Origin: Gemmata obscuriglobus
Lineage (GTDB): Bacteria > Planctomycetota > Planctomycetia > Gemmatales > Gemmataceae
Assembly (NCBI RefSeq): GCF_008065095.1
Contig: NZ_CP042911.1
Location: 3,030,001-3,062,000, forward strand
Length of the DNA stretch: 32,000 bases
Reading direction: 5' to 3'
Shown piece by piece: positions 9,673-16,823 of the stretch. How positions within the stretch are numbered: position 1 is the stretch's first letter; each line of letters starts with the position of its first letter. The notes below the pieces were generated by a model. The model saw only the letters and a list, made by a program, of their open reading frames with translations. It searched no databases and was not told the DNA's origin. A program made the translations under genes and the position numbers.

Positions 9673-10621
9673 TGACTGTCTCCACATCCTCCAAGCCGGA
9701 GTCGATCACCTGCTCGACGAGTTCGGTACCCGGGAACGGGTTCAGCGTTGCGCCGAACGCGCCCTTGGCGCCACGGTTGATCATCTCCTTGACGAGCGCC
9801 GCACAGTTGGCCGCCTGCTCCTTCGCATCCGGGTGTTCGAAAATCGTGATGCCCCGCTCCGTCGATTCCCGGAAGCGCACCGAGCGACCGATGGTTGTTG
9901 CGAACACGAGCGCCGGAGTGAACCGCTTACATAGGGCCACATGAATCTCTTTATCAAGGATTGCCTTACGGTCGTAGTTTCCGAGCAGCACCCCGGCGAG
10001 ACTAAGGCCCGGGTTGTACGATTTTCGAATCTTCTCGACGGTCCTCGTGATCACCTGTAGCGCCTTCAGATCGTACCCGCTCGGGAACGTCGGGATCACG
10101 CACCAGTCGGCGGCGACGAGGGCCGAGGTCATCAGGAACCCGAGGTTCGGGGGCGTGTCGATGAGGACCACGTCGAACCGGCCCCGTAGCGAGTCGAGCG
10201 ACGCCCGCAGTCGGAACCGGTGCTCGTGGCGCAGCTCCTCCATGCTATCTTCGCTGATGCCGTTGTGAACCAGGAGCCCGAACACCTCTCGCTCCAAACG
10301 GATTTCGACGGACGAGAGCGCGCGGTGGCCCGGCACGACGGAGATGAGGCCGCCGAACCGGTCCTCCGGTGTGACCGCGATTTGGGCCGCCGGAACCTTC
10401 GACAGGTACGCGTCGGCAAGCGTGTACCGCCGCTGCCGGATCATCGCATCGGGATCGACGCCCAAATTGCCGGTGGAATCACACTGCGGGTCGGTGTCGA
10501 CCACGCACACAGAGTAACCAGACGCCGCAAACGCTGCGGCGGTAGAAACGAGAGAGCTCGTTTTCCCGCACCCCCCTTTCTGGTTCGCAAACACAATGAC
10601 CTGAGTCTCTCGAAATTTCAT
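9665..10621 (-). CDS. parA: ParA/Soj-family partition ATPase
   Basis: Deviant Walker A VFANQKGGCGKTS, then VCVVDTDPQ, and VLIDTPPNLG. Confidence 0.9.
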   Translation of the reverse strand: MKFRETQVIVFANQKGGCGKTSSLVSTAAAFAASGYSVCVVDTDPQCDSTGNLGVDPDAMIRQRRYTLADAYLSKVPAAQIAVTPEDRFGGLISVVPGHRALSSVEIRLEREVFGLLVHNGISEDSMEELRHEHRFRLRASLDSLRGRFDVVLIDTPPNLGFLMTSALVAADWCVIPTFPSGYDLKALQVITRTVEKIRKSYNPGLSLAGVLLGNYDRKAILDKEIHVALCKRFTPALVFATTIGRSVRFRESTERGITIFEHPDAKEQAANCAALVKEMINRGAKGAFGATLNPFPGTELVEQVIDSGLEDVETVNG

Positions 10622-10667
10622 ATCCTCGATACGCCCGCCCCGGAAAACCTAAACACGGGCCAAGTAT

Positions 10668-11474
10668 TCCGGTACTCCGGAGGACCGGACAAGAGGGAAA
10701 ATGCATCCGGCAACGAGTCCCCCACTACACCGGGGATACGAGTGCCGGCGCTCCAATCCCGCTCAGCTTTCCCCCGGTACACCGGGCCTCATTCAAGCGA
10801 ACTGTTTTCGCATCACTTTTGGTCCCCCGGAGTACCGGCAGACACAGCGCCTGCCCCCTCTTCTACCCCCCGGTGCACCGGAGGACGCGCAGCCGACGAA
10901 GGTCGCGAGGTCTCGTACCGGGATTTCGGGCATACCTAATTTGGCCCAGAACGATTTTGAGCTCGCCCCCTACCCTCGACGTCGGATCAGCCCTCGGAAT
11001 CCTCACTTCGCGCCTGTCAGGCGGTTTAACGACGCACCAAGCTGCGGATCTCGATCAGTTTTTCTTGCGCCCGGCAGCGATCTGCCCCACTCCCCCGGTA
11101 CACCGGCACACCGAGTTGCCCCGACCGGCCCGTTGGGACGGACTCCCCCGGGCTACCGGGGAACCGAAAGAGGCCCTGGCGTGACGCCGCGTGGGCAGTC
11201 GATCGGTCCCCCGGAGCACCGGGGCTCAACTGAGTGAGGTCTCCGGCCGAAATGCGACTCCCCCGGCACACCGGGGCACCGGCTCGCTGCCGTGTGGCCA
11301 GGAGAAAAATAGTTCCCACGCTGCTGCTGCTACCCCCGGTACTCCGGTCCACCGGGGGACAGGCCTGAAAGCCCAGAGCCGAAACCCAACGAACGCCCCT
11401 GAGAGCCCCGGGGCGCCGGGGGACACGAGCGCGCCCGCCTCAAACCGTGCACTCCGGTCCACCGGGGCACCGGG
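10668..11474. repeat. Array of ~12 dispersed copies of a short palindromic motif, consensus tCCCCCGG-N3-5-(C)ACCGGGG (candidate centromere/parS-like array)
   Basis: Copies begin near 10668, 10718, 10770, 10823, 10865, 11090, 11143, 11207, 11258, 11331, 11405 and 11449. Many are spaced ~42-74 bp apart. The region is non-coding and lies directly upstream of parA. Confidence 0.7.
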
Positions 11475-11619
11475 ACACTATTTCGAATGACAGGTACCGC
11501 TGCTGGTGGTAAATGGTTCAACACGGTTAAAGTACCGTCACGAGACTGGCGCCATTCGCTTGCGGGCCATGCGGCCGATTGCGTTGGCCCAGAGGCCGAA
11601 GCGGGGGAGTGGGGCTGCG

Positions 11620-11811
11620 GTACCAGGATTTCGGGCACATATGTACTGGGAAACGGGGCACGCTTCACGATCGCGAACGGTCGGAAGAGGGGAGTACTGG
11701 GATTTCGGGCAGGCGTACCGGGACTTCGGACACAACCCTACCGGGATTTGGGGCACAGGGTACCGGGATTTGGGACGCACGATTTAGCTCGAGTACCGGG
11801 AATCGGGGCAC
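11620..11811. repeat. Iteron array: 7 direct copies of a 19-bp repeat, consensus GTACCGGGATTTCGGGCAC, plus one isolated copy at 10915-10933
   Basis: Copies at 11620, 11643, 11694, 11715, 11738, 11760 and 11793. Most are phased at 21-23 bp. The array lies ~120 bp upstream of the RepA-type gene. Confidence 0.8.
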
Positions 11812-11860
11812 GAAGTACCCCCTTAACTACTTGGATTTGCTGAGGAAACGGACCGACAAC

Positions 11861-11916
11861 TCTGTTCTTTTAAACATGTATAAAAATACAATAACTCGTG
11901 GTGGTCTTTTTTTAAG
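11861..11916. promoter_or_regulatory. AT-rich stretch (candidate DNA-unwinding element / rep promoter)
   Basis: TCTGTTCTTTTAAACATGTATAAAAATACAATAACTC...TCTTTTTTTAAGG is by eye the most AT-rich segment of the window. It sits between the iterons and rep. Confidence 0.5.
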
Positions 11917-11934
11917 GTGAGATTCAGGAGGAAC

Positions 11935-13368
11935 ATGTCTAAGCGTCCGGTAGCTGCAAATCTTCCCACGAGTGCTCACCCAAACTCCGGGTTCCGGGAC
12001 GAGATGAACTTCGCCGAATTCCCATTGGCCTCACTCTCGGATCGGGTTGCGGACAATCAGAAGACACTCGAGTTCACCGACACCATTGAGGACTCCTCGA
12101 CCGGCAAAGACGTGGTCCGCACGCTGGTCATCACTGCGGCCGACAAGTTCGGTCTTCCCACGGCTCTCGACGACGAACTGCTGCTCGGGCTCATCAAGCT
12201 GTCGGTGGAGCAGGGATTCACCGACCCCAAGGTGTATTTCTCGCGGTACGAGCTCATCAAGAAGCTCGGGTGGCGGGACGAGTCGAAGTCGTACCGGCGC
12301 ATCGAGGACGGGCTCAACCGCTGGACCGGAGTCACGCTCCAGTACCGAAAATCGTGGTGGGTGAACGACGAGAAGAGCTGGGTGACCGAGACGTTCCACG
12401 TGCTCAACTCGGTGACCGTGTACGACCGCGAACGCATCGCCCGGCGGCGAATGATGGCCAAGGACGCGCCCGAGAAGGCGCTCTCGTCGTTCGTGTGGAG
12501 CGACCAGGTGTTTCAGAGCTTCAAGGCCGGGTACATCAAGCAGCTCGACTTCGATTTCTACAAGAGCCTGACGAGTGCCATCTCGAAGCGCATGTTCCGG
12601 TTCCTGGACAAGCGGTTTTACAACACCGGGCGCTGGGAGTTCGACCTCCAGGTGTTCGCGTGTGAGCACATCGGGCTGTCGAAAAACTACTCGAACTCGG
12701 AGCTCAAGCGGAAGCTCGCACCGGCAATATCGGAGCTCGAAACGAATGGATTTCTGGCCCCGCTTTCGGACGACGAACGGTTCGTACGTGAGCGGTGCGG
12801 CAAGTGGCGGGCGGTGTTTGTAAAGGCCACGAAAAAGCTCGCGGTGCTCCCGCGCACCGACGCCGAACACGACCCACTGTTTCGGGATTTAGTGGGCCGT
12901 GGCCTTAACCCCCGCAGCGCCCAAAAGCTGCTGCGCGAACACCCGCCCGAGAAGATTCGAGAGAAGGTTCAGCTCTTCGATCAGCTGAAAGAACGGGTAG
13001 GCGAGGGGACCATTCGCAACCGACCGGGATGGCTGTACGCAGCCATCGTCAAGGACTTTACCGTCGGGGCGGTTGCGTCGGCTCACCCGCCCCCGGTCGT
13101 AGCAGTCGTAACACCGCTCGCGACTGTCGAAGTGAGCGAGCGGGAGCGGGCCGAGAAATCGAAGGCTGAGGCTTTCGAGCGGTACTGGGAAGCGCTTACC
13201 GAAGAGCAGCAGCGCGAGTTCGAAGACCAAGCGGTTGCGGGCGCGTCAGGTTTTCTGCAAAAGCAGTACCACCGAGACAAGGAAGCACGAGGCCACCTGT
13301 GGCATGCGTCACGGCAGAGCATCCTCCTCGAACATTTCAGACGATTCGGGTCTGCTCGAACCGATTAA
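11935..13368 (+). CDS. repA: Plasmid replication initiator (Replication-initiator-protein-A / RepA-like)
   Basis: The N-terminus ...RDEMNFAEFPLASLSDR...VITAADKFGLPTALDDELLLGLIKL matches the RPA-family signature from memory. ATG 11935 is preceded by AGGAGG (11926-11931). The ORF-track GTG at 11917 is less likely. An iteron array lies upstream. Confidence 0.75.
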   Translation: MSKRPVAANLPTSAHPNSGFRDEMNFAEFPLASLSDRVADNQKTLEFTDTIEDSSTGKDVVRTLVITAADKFGLPTALDDELLLGLIKLSVEQGFTDPKVYFSRYELIKKLGWRDESKSYRRIEDGLNRWTGVTLQYRKSWWVNDEKSWVTETFHVLNSVTVYDRERIARRRMMAKDAPEKALSSFVWSDQVFQSFKAGYIKQLDFDFYKSLTSAISKRMFRFLDKRFYNTGRWEFDLQVFACEHIGLSKNYSNSELKRKLAPAISELETNGFLAPLSDDERFVRERCGKWRAVFVKATKKLAVLPRTDAEHDPLFRDLVGRGLNPRSAQKLLREHPPEKIREKVQLFDQLKERVGEGTIRNRPGWLYAAIVKDFTVGAVASAHPPPVVAVVTPLATVEVSERERAEKSKAEAFERYWEALTEEQQREFEDQAVAGASGFLQKQYHRDKEARGHLWHASRQSILLEHFRRFGSARTD

Positions 13369-13506
13369 ACATCGCTCCCGAACCTGTTGCAACCGGTCCG
13401 CCATGGTGTACGGGACAGACGCGGATCCACAATCGAGAGCGCTCAACGGAACGGCACCGGCGAGTGGGGAGGATCGACCTACCTAACTCCGCCGGCCTGA
13501 TAGTCT

Positions 13507-14190
13507 TTAAACGACAGCGCTGCGGGCTGGCTCGCTAGTTGGTTCGGAGTCCGTCAGGCAGCACGCGCCGGGTGTGCTGAGGAGGCCGCTCAGGGCCTGC
13601 CGCACACGATGAAACCGTTGGCGAGCAGCCTCAGAGGTGATTCCTAGCATCTCCGCGATCGCTTTGGGCCTCAAGCCTTTCAGGTGCAACTGCACCAGTT
13701 CCTGGTCGCGCGGCTGCAACCGCCGGAGCGCAAGGCGGAGCCTAGCAACACATCCCTGAGCCTCGCCTTCACCGTCGAAATCCTCACCATGTTTTTGATG
13801 GTCGTTGTCTGGCGAAGACGTCGCGAGAACATCTTTCAAGTCGGCTTCTCGCTGAAGGCGTTGTCGCTCGAGACGAACCCATTTAAGGGTTTGGTTACGG
13901 GCGACGGCGCGGAAATAAGACGCGCAACTGGTTGCCCCGTGTCGGTAGTTGCTACTGGCCTCGATGGCCTTGATGAAGATTGTCTGCAAGGCGTCTTCCG
14001 CATCCTGCGCGAACCCGGCACGAGCCATAACACTGAACACGGTCCCGGCAATCTCGCGGCCCAACCACCTGGCAGCGGCATCGGCATCAGCCTTGGCGTC
14101 GTTGGTACCGAGGCCGACCTTCTGAGCCAGGGACGCGAGGAGCGCGGTGAGGTCCATCGGTCCAGAAATCTGATCTGCACAGACCGTCAT
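13507..14190 (-). CDS. ECF-type sigma-70 family RNA polymerase sigma factor
   Basis: Region 2-like DAEDALQTIFIKA...YFRAVARNQTLKWVR. Region 4-like LQPRDQELVQLHLKGLRPKAIAEMLGITSEAARQRFHRVRQAL. ATG 14190 is preceded by GGAAGGAGA. The upstream extension to 14355 is unlikely. Confidence 0.8.
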   Translation of the reverse strand: MTVCADQISGPMDLTALLASLAQKVGLGTNDAKADADAAARWLGREIAGTVFSVMARAGFAQDAEDALQTIFIKAIEASSNYRHGATSCASYFRAVARNQTLKWVRLERQRLQREADLKDVLATSSPDNDHQKHGEDFDGEGEAQGCVARLRLALRRLQPRDQELVQLHLKGLRPKAIAEMLGITSEAARQRFHRVRQALSGLLSTPGACCLTDSEPTSEPARSAVV

Positions 14191-14491
14191 GATGTTCTCC
14201 TTCCGAGCTTCGAGAAATCGGGGCACGAAGGAAGTAAACTGAATGCCCGGCCGGACGGTGTTGCGCGCGTGCAGGTAGGCTCTCTGCGGGCGGCAAGGAG
14301 AGATTCTGGTTCGGATGATAAAGCCACGGACCGTCATGCGAGGTGATCGACACACGTGTTCTGTTGGAGCAGCAGTAAGTAGGCCGCGCTCATGAAACGT
14401 GGCTACTGGTTTACCGGGTTACCCATCGACAACCTCTTTCAGGCTCTTCTAGGCGCAGTTGACTGATCATCTGGCGGGTGCGGTCAATTTT

Positions 14492-14514
14492 CCAATCTCG
14501 ATAATCGAGATTGG
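14492..14514. promoter_or_regulatory. Perfect 23-bp palindrome CCAATCTCGAT-A-ATCGAGATTGG in the divergent sigma / vWA-operon control region
   Basis: 11+1+11 inverted repeat verified base by base. It is located between the divergent genes at 14190 (-) and 14730 (+). Confidence 0.45.
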
Positions 14515-14729
14515 TTTGGGCGCAGCATTGGCTGCATAACACCCGTTGTTCGGATTTTCCGACTCAATATTTCCTGCCCCGGTTGCCAACTCGTCGCCGC
14601 CGAGCAGCGCACATTTTTTCTGTCTCGCCCGTCACGAATTGAGCTCTTTCGGGAACTATTACATGTCGGCCGGCTGCTGATAATCGCGGCCAGCCGACGC
14701 GAGCATCTCACCAACTCAGGAGCGATTTC

Positions 14730-15590
14730 GTGGCTGAAGCAGAAGACACAATTTCGGACGAGATCCTGGCTCCCGCGCCGAAGGCCGAGGCCGAAATCGC
14801 CAAGCGCGGCCGAGGGCGGCCGCCCGGCAGCAAGAACAAAACGAAGGAGCTGCCGACCGAGCCCCCAAAATCGCCCGCACCGCAGACCATCGAGAATACT
14901 CCGGAGGACGCAGCCGTCTCACGGGCGATGCGCGATGCCTTAGAGAAGCTCGACTTCGAGTCCATGGGCAGCGCGGACCGGTGGCTGATCTTGCTGGTGC
15001 GGGACACGAGCCCGAGTGAGCAGCCGCACGAGAAGGAGTTCCATGAAGGGGCCAACGCAATCGGCCCAGTGCTCGCCGCAGACCGGCTCGCCGCAAACCT
15101 CGTTGATGTGGCGCTGTGCTACGGTGCTGAAGATTTCAAGGTCATCGACTGCCAGCACGCCAAGAATTTCGTGATGCCGCAGCACGTGGAGTATGGCCGT
15201 GGCACAGCGGGGGCGCCGTGGTTCCGTGGTATCACACGCGTGTGCAAGGACTACCGCGAGCACCTGGATGACCTGGGGGTTGCCGTCGGTGGCACCTTCG
15301 TTGTCGTGGCCTCGGACTTCTTGCTTGGAGACGATTTCGTCAGTGCCCTACGCGAGTTCCAGGAACTCCAGCACGCGGACCCGAAGCTGGTCGTGATCCC
15401 AGCCGGGTTCGGGAACTGGGTGCCACAGGTCGCCGAGCAGGTCTCGGTTCGCATTAAGCCAGTGGATCTGAACTCGTTCCGGATTTTTGACTTCCTGAAG
15501 ATCGTCGCCACTTCGATGCGCGAGCTCAGCTGCTCGCGGCCCGAAGACCGGCAGTCCGTCATTGATAAGCTCAACGACCTCAACGGGTGA
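14730..15590 (+). CDS. AT-hook + von Willebrand factor A (vWA)-like protein
   Basis: GTG start with AGGAG 7 nt upstream. AT-hook KRGRGRPPGSKNK. vWA-like order of elements: WLILLVRDTSPSE (DxSxS MIDAS), GRGTAG (MIDAS Thr), TFVVVASDFLLGDD (S/T-D strand), KLVVIPAGFG. Confidence 0.6.
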   Translation: MAEAEDTISDEILAPAPKAEAEIAKRGRGRPPGSKNKTKELPTEPPKSPAPQTIENTPEDAAVSRAMRDALEKLDFESMGSADRWLILLVRDTSPSEQPHEKEFHEGANAIGPVLAADRLAANLVDVALCYGAEDFKVIDCQHAKNFVMPQHVEYGRGTAGAPWFRGITRVCKDYREHLDDLGVAVGGTFVVVASDFLLGDDFVSALREFQELQHADPKLVVIPAGFGNWVPQVAEQVSVRIKPVDLNSFRIFDFLKIVATSMRELSCSRPEDRQSVIDKLNDLNG

Positions 15591-15597
15591 TTCCGCC

Positions 15598-16809
15598 ATG
15601 GCCGACCTCGTGGTCTGGTCTCCCATCAACCAGTGCACCGTCCGCCTCACTCCGGCCGGGGTGAGCGGCGGGCAGACCGAACTGTTCTGGTTCAAAGACG
15701 ACCCCGCTCGCTGCGCGGGGGTGCCCGTAGGCGGGAGTTGGGCCCCGTCATATTGGGCCAAGATCGAAGCACTCATTGCCCTGGCCGACCCGAGCGTTGA
15801 GGCAGCGTTCCCGGACGAGTTGCTGCTCGACCCACGGGACCGCAAGACTCCGCTCGGCTTCGGGATGAAGAAGGCCTCGGGCATCCCGCACACGCAGATC
15901 GTGATTCCGGCCGAGCGTGCCGCACAAGGGCTCAACTGGGGGCCACGCGAGGTACGCGATGTGGCCCTGCAGTTCGCGCGGCTGTTCGCCCGTTTCGAAC
16001 GACTGGGGATCACTCAGAACGACTCACACGGGGGCAATTACCTCGTCGACTGGCCCCGGTTTGCCAATCGCCCGACGGTCTTCCGGGTCGACGCGCTTGC
16101 GTTCGGGTTTCACTGGAGCGGCACCTATTTCGGGTGTGATGCAGCGGTGTTTGAGTTCCTGCCCCCAGAGCTTCACTCCAGCGATTTATCGACCGTTGAG
16201 TTTACGCGCGATGTCGACCGCTACAGCTTAGCGTGCCTGCTGTTCCCGTTACTCACGGGCGGGTCGTACCCGTGGAACTTCGGACGCGGCAAGGGTACGG
16301 CGGCCGAGCGGGTCGCGCGTAAAGAATTCGCGATGTTCACCAACCCGCGCGGCACCAAAGTGCCCCCGAGTGTTGAGACCGCGTTCAACACTCTGCCGGC
16401 CGAGGTGATCGTGTTGTTCGAGCGGGCGTTCCTCGGCGACCCAGCCGTAAGGCCTGCGCCGCGCGAGTGGTTGCATGCGCTGAAGCTAATCGACACGCGA
16501 TGGCGCCCCACGCTGCCTCGCCTCAAGACCGGTCGGTTGAAGGGTCTTGGAAGGGCCATCGCTCAGGCCATGTGGCCGGCCTGTGCGGCAGTTCGAGCGC
16601 ACCGCTGGATGCTGCTCGCGGTGACGTTTACGGTCCTTGCCGCCGCCGGCCCGCCCAAAGCTTTGTTTGCGCCAAGATCGCCGGGAGAACCGGCGCTCCC
16701 AGCGTCTCAAGCCGGTACGCAGGGGACAGACAGCGGCCAAGCAGCAGAAGAACCGACGGCGCCGACGCGCAGGCCCAAAAACACCGGCTCGTGGCAGAAC
16801 CTCAGGTAA
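15598..16809 (+). CDS. Divergent Ser/Thr protein-kinase-like protein with a C-terminal transmembrane helix and Pro/Ala-rich tail
   Basis: Gly-loop-like AGVSGGQTELFWF. Catalytic-loop-like ITQNDSHGGNYLV (D-x4-N spacing). VDALAFG at the DFG position and FLPPELH at the APE position. DRYSLACLLFPLLTGGSYPW, then RPAPREWLHAL. TM segment WMLLAVTFTVLAAAG. The ATG lies 8 nt after the vWA gene stop. Confidence 0.65.
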   Translation: MADLVVWSPINQCTVRLTPAGVSGGQTELFWFKDDPARCAGVPVGGSWAPSYWAKIEALIALADPSVEAAFPDELLLDPRDRKTPLGFGMKKASGIPHTQIVIPAERAAQGLNWGPREVRDVALQFARLFARFERLGITQNDSHGGNYLVDWPRFANRPTVFRVDALAFGFHWSGTYFGCDAAVFEFLPPELHSSDLSTVEFTRDVDRYSLACLLFPLLTGGSYPWNFGRGKGTAAERVARKEFAMFTNPRGTKVPPSVETAFNTLPAEVIVLFERAFLGDPAVRPAPREWLHALKLIDTRWRPTLPRLKTGRLKGLGRAIAQAMWPACAAVRAHRWMLLAVTFTVLAAAGPPKALFAPRSPGEPALPASQAGTQGTDSGQAAEEPTAPTRRPKNTGSWQNLR

Positions 16810-16823
16810 CAGCGGAGGCAGTC

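Noticed and set aside
10701-11668. Several 100-180-aa ORFs on both strands inside the parA-repA intergenic region, with periodic PPG/HRGT/STGAPG peptides
   Set aside because: The periodic peptides are simply translations of the CCCCCGG...CCGGGG DNA repeats. ORFs exist in multiple frames and on both strands, and there is no start context. I interpret the region as non-coding repeat arrays.
10668-11811. CRISPR array
   Set aside because: The repeats are short (about 16-19 bp) and imperfect. They are either directly abutting (iterons) or separated by unequal spacers, and no cas genes are present. The region lies between parA and repA, which fits centromere and iteron functions.
12031-12870. 279-aa minus-strand ORF
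   Set aside because: It is antisense to the RepA-like gene, which has a strong SD-ATG start and a recognisable N-terminal signature.
15348-16013. 221-aa minus-strand ORF. Similar antisense ORFs occur at 17319-18068 and 20471-21175
   Set aside because: All are antisense to plus-strand genes that form a translationally coupled operon. None has motifs or a plausible start context.
16467-16823. Upstream extension of the relaxase-like ORF (699-aa version). Comparable extensions occur at 15562, 19052, 22258, 24213, 29755 and 30663
   Set aside because: These extensions overlap the 3' ends of the preceding genes in another frame and lack ribosome-binding contexts. Internal ATG starts with SD-like sequences or short coupling overlaps fit better.
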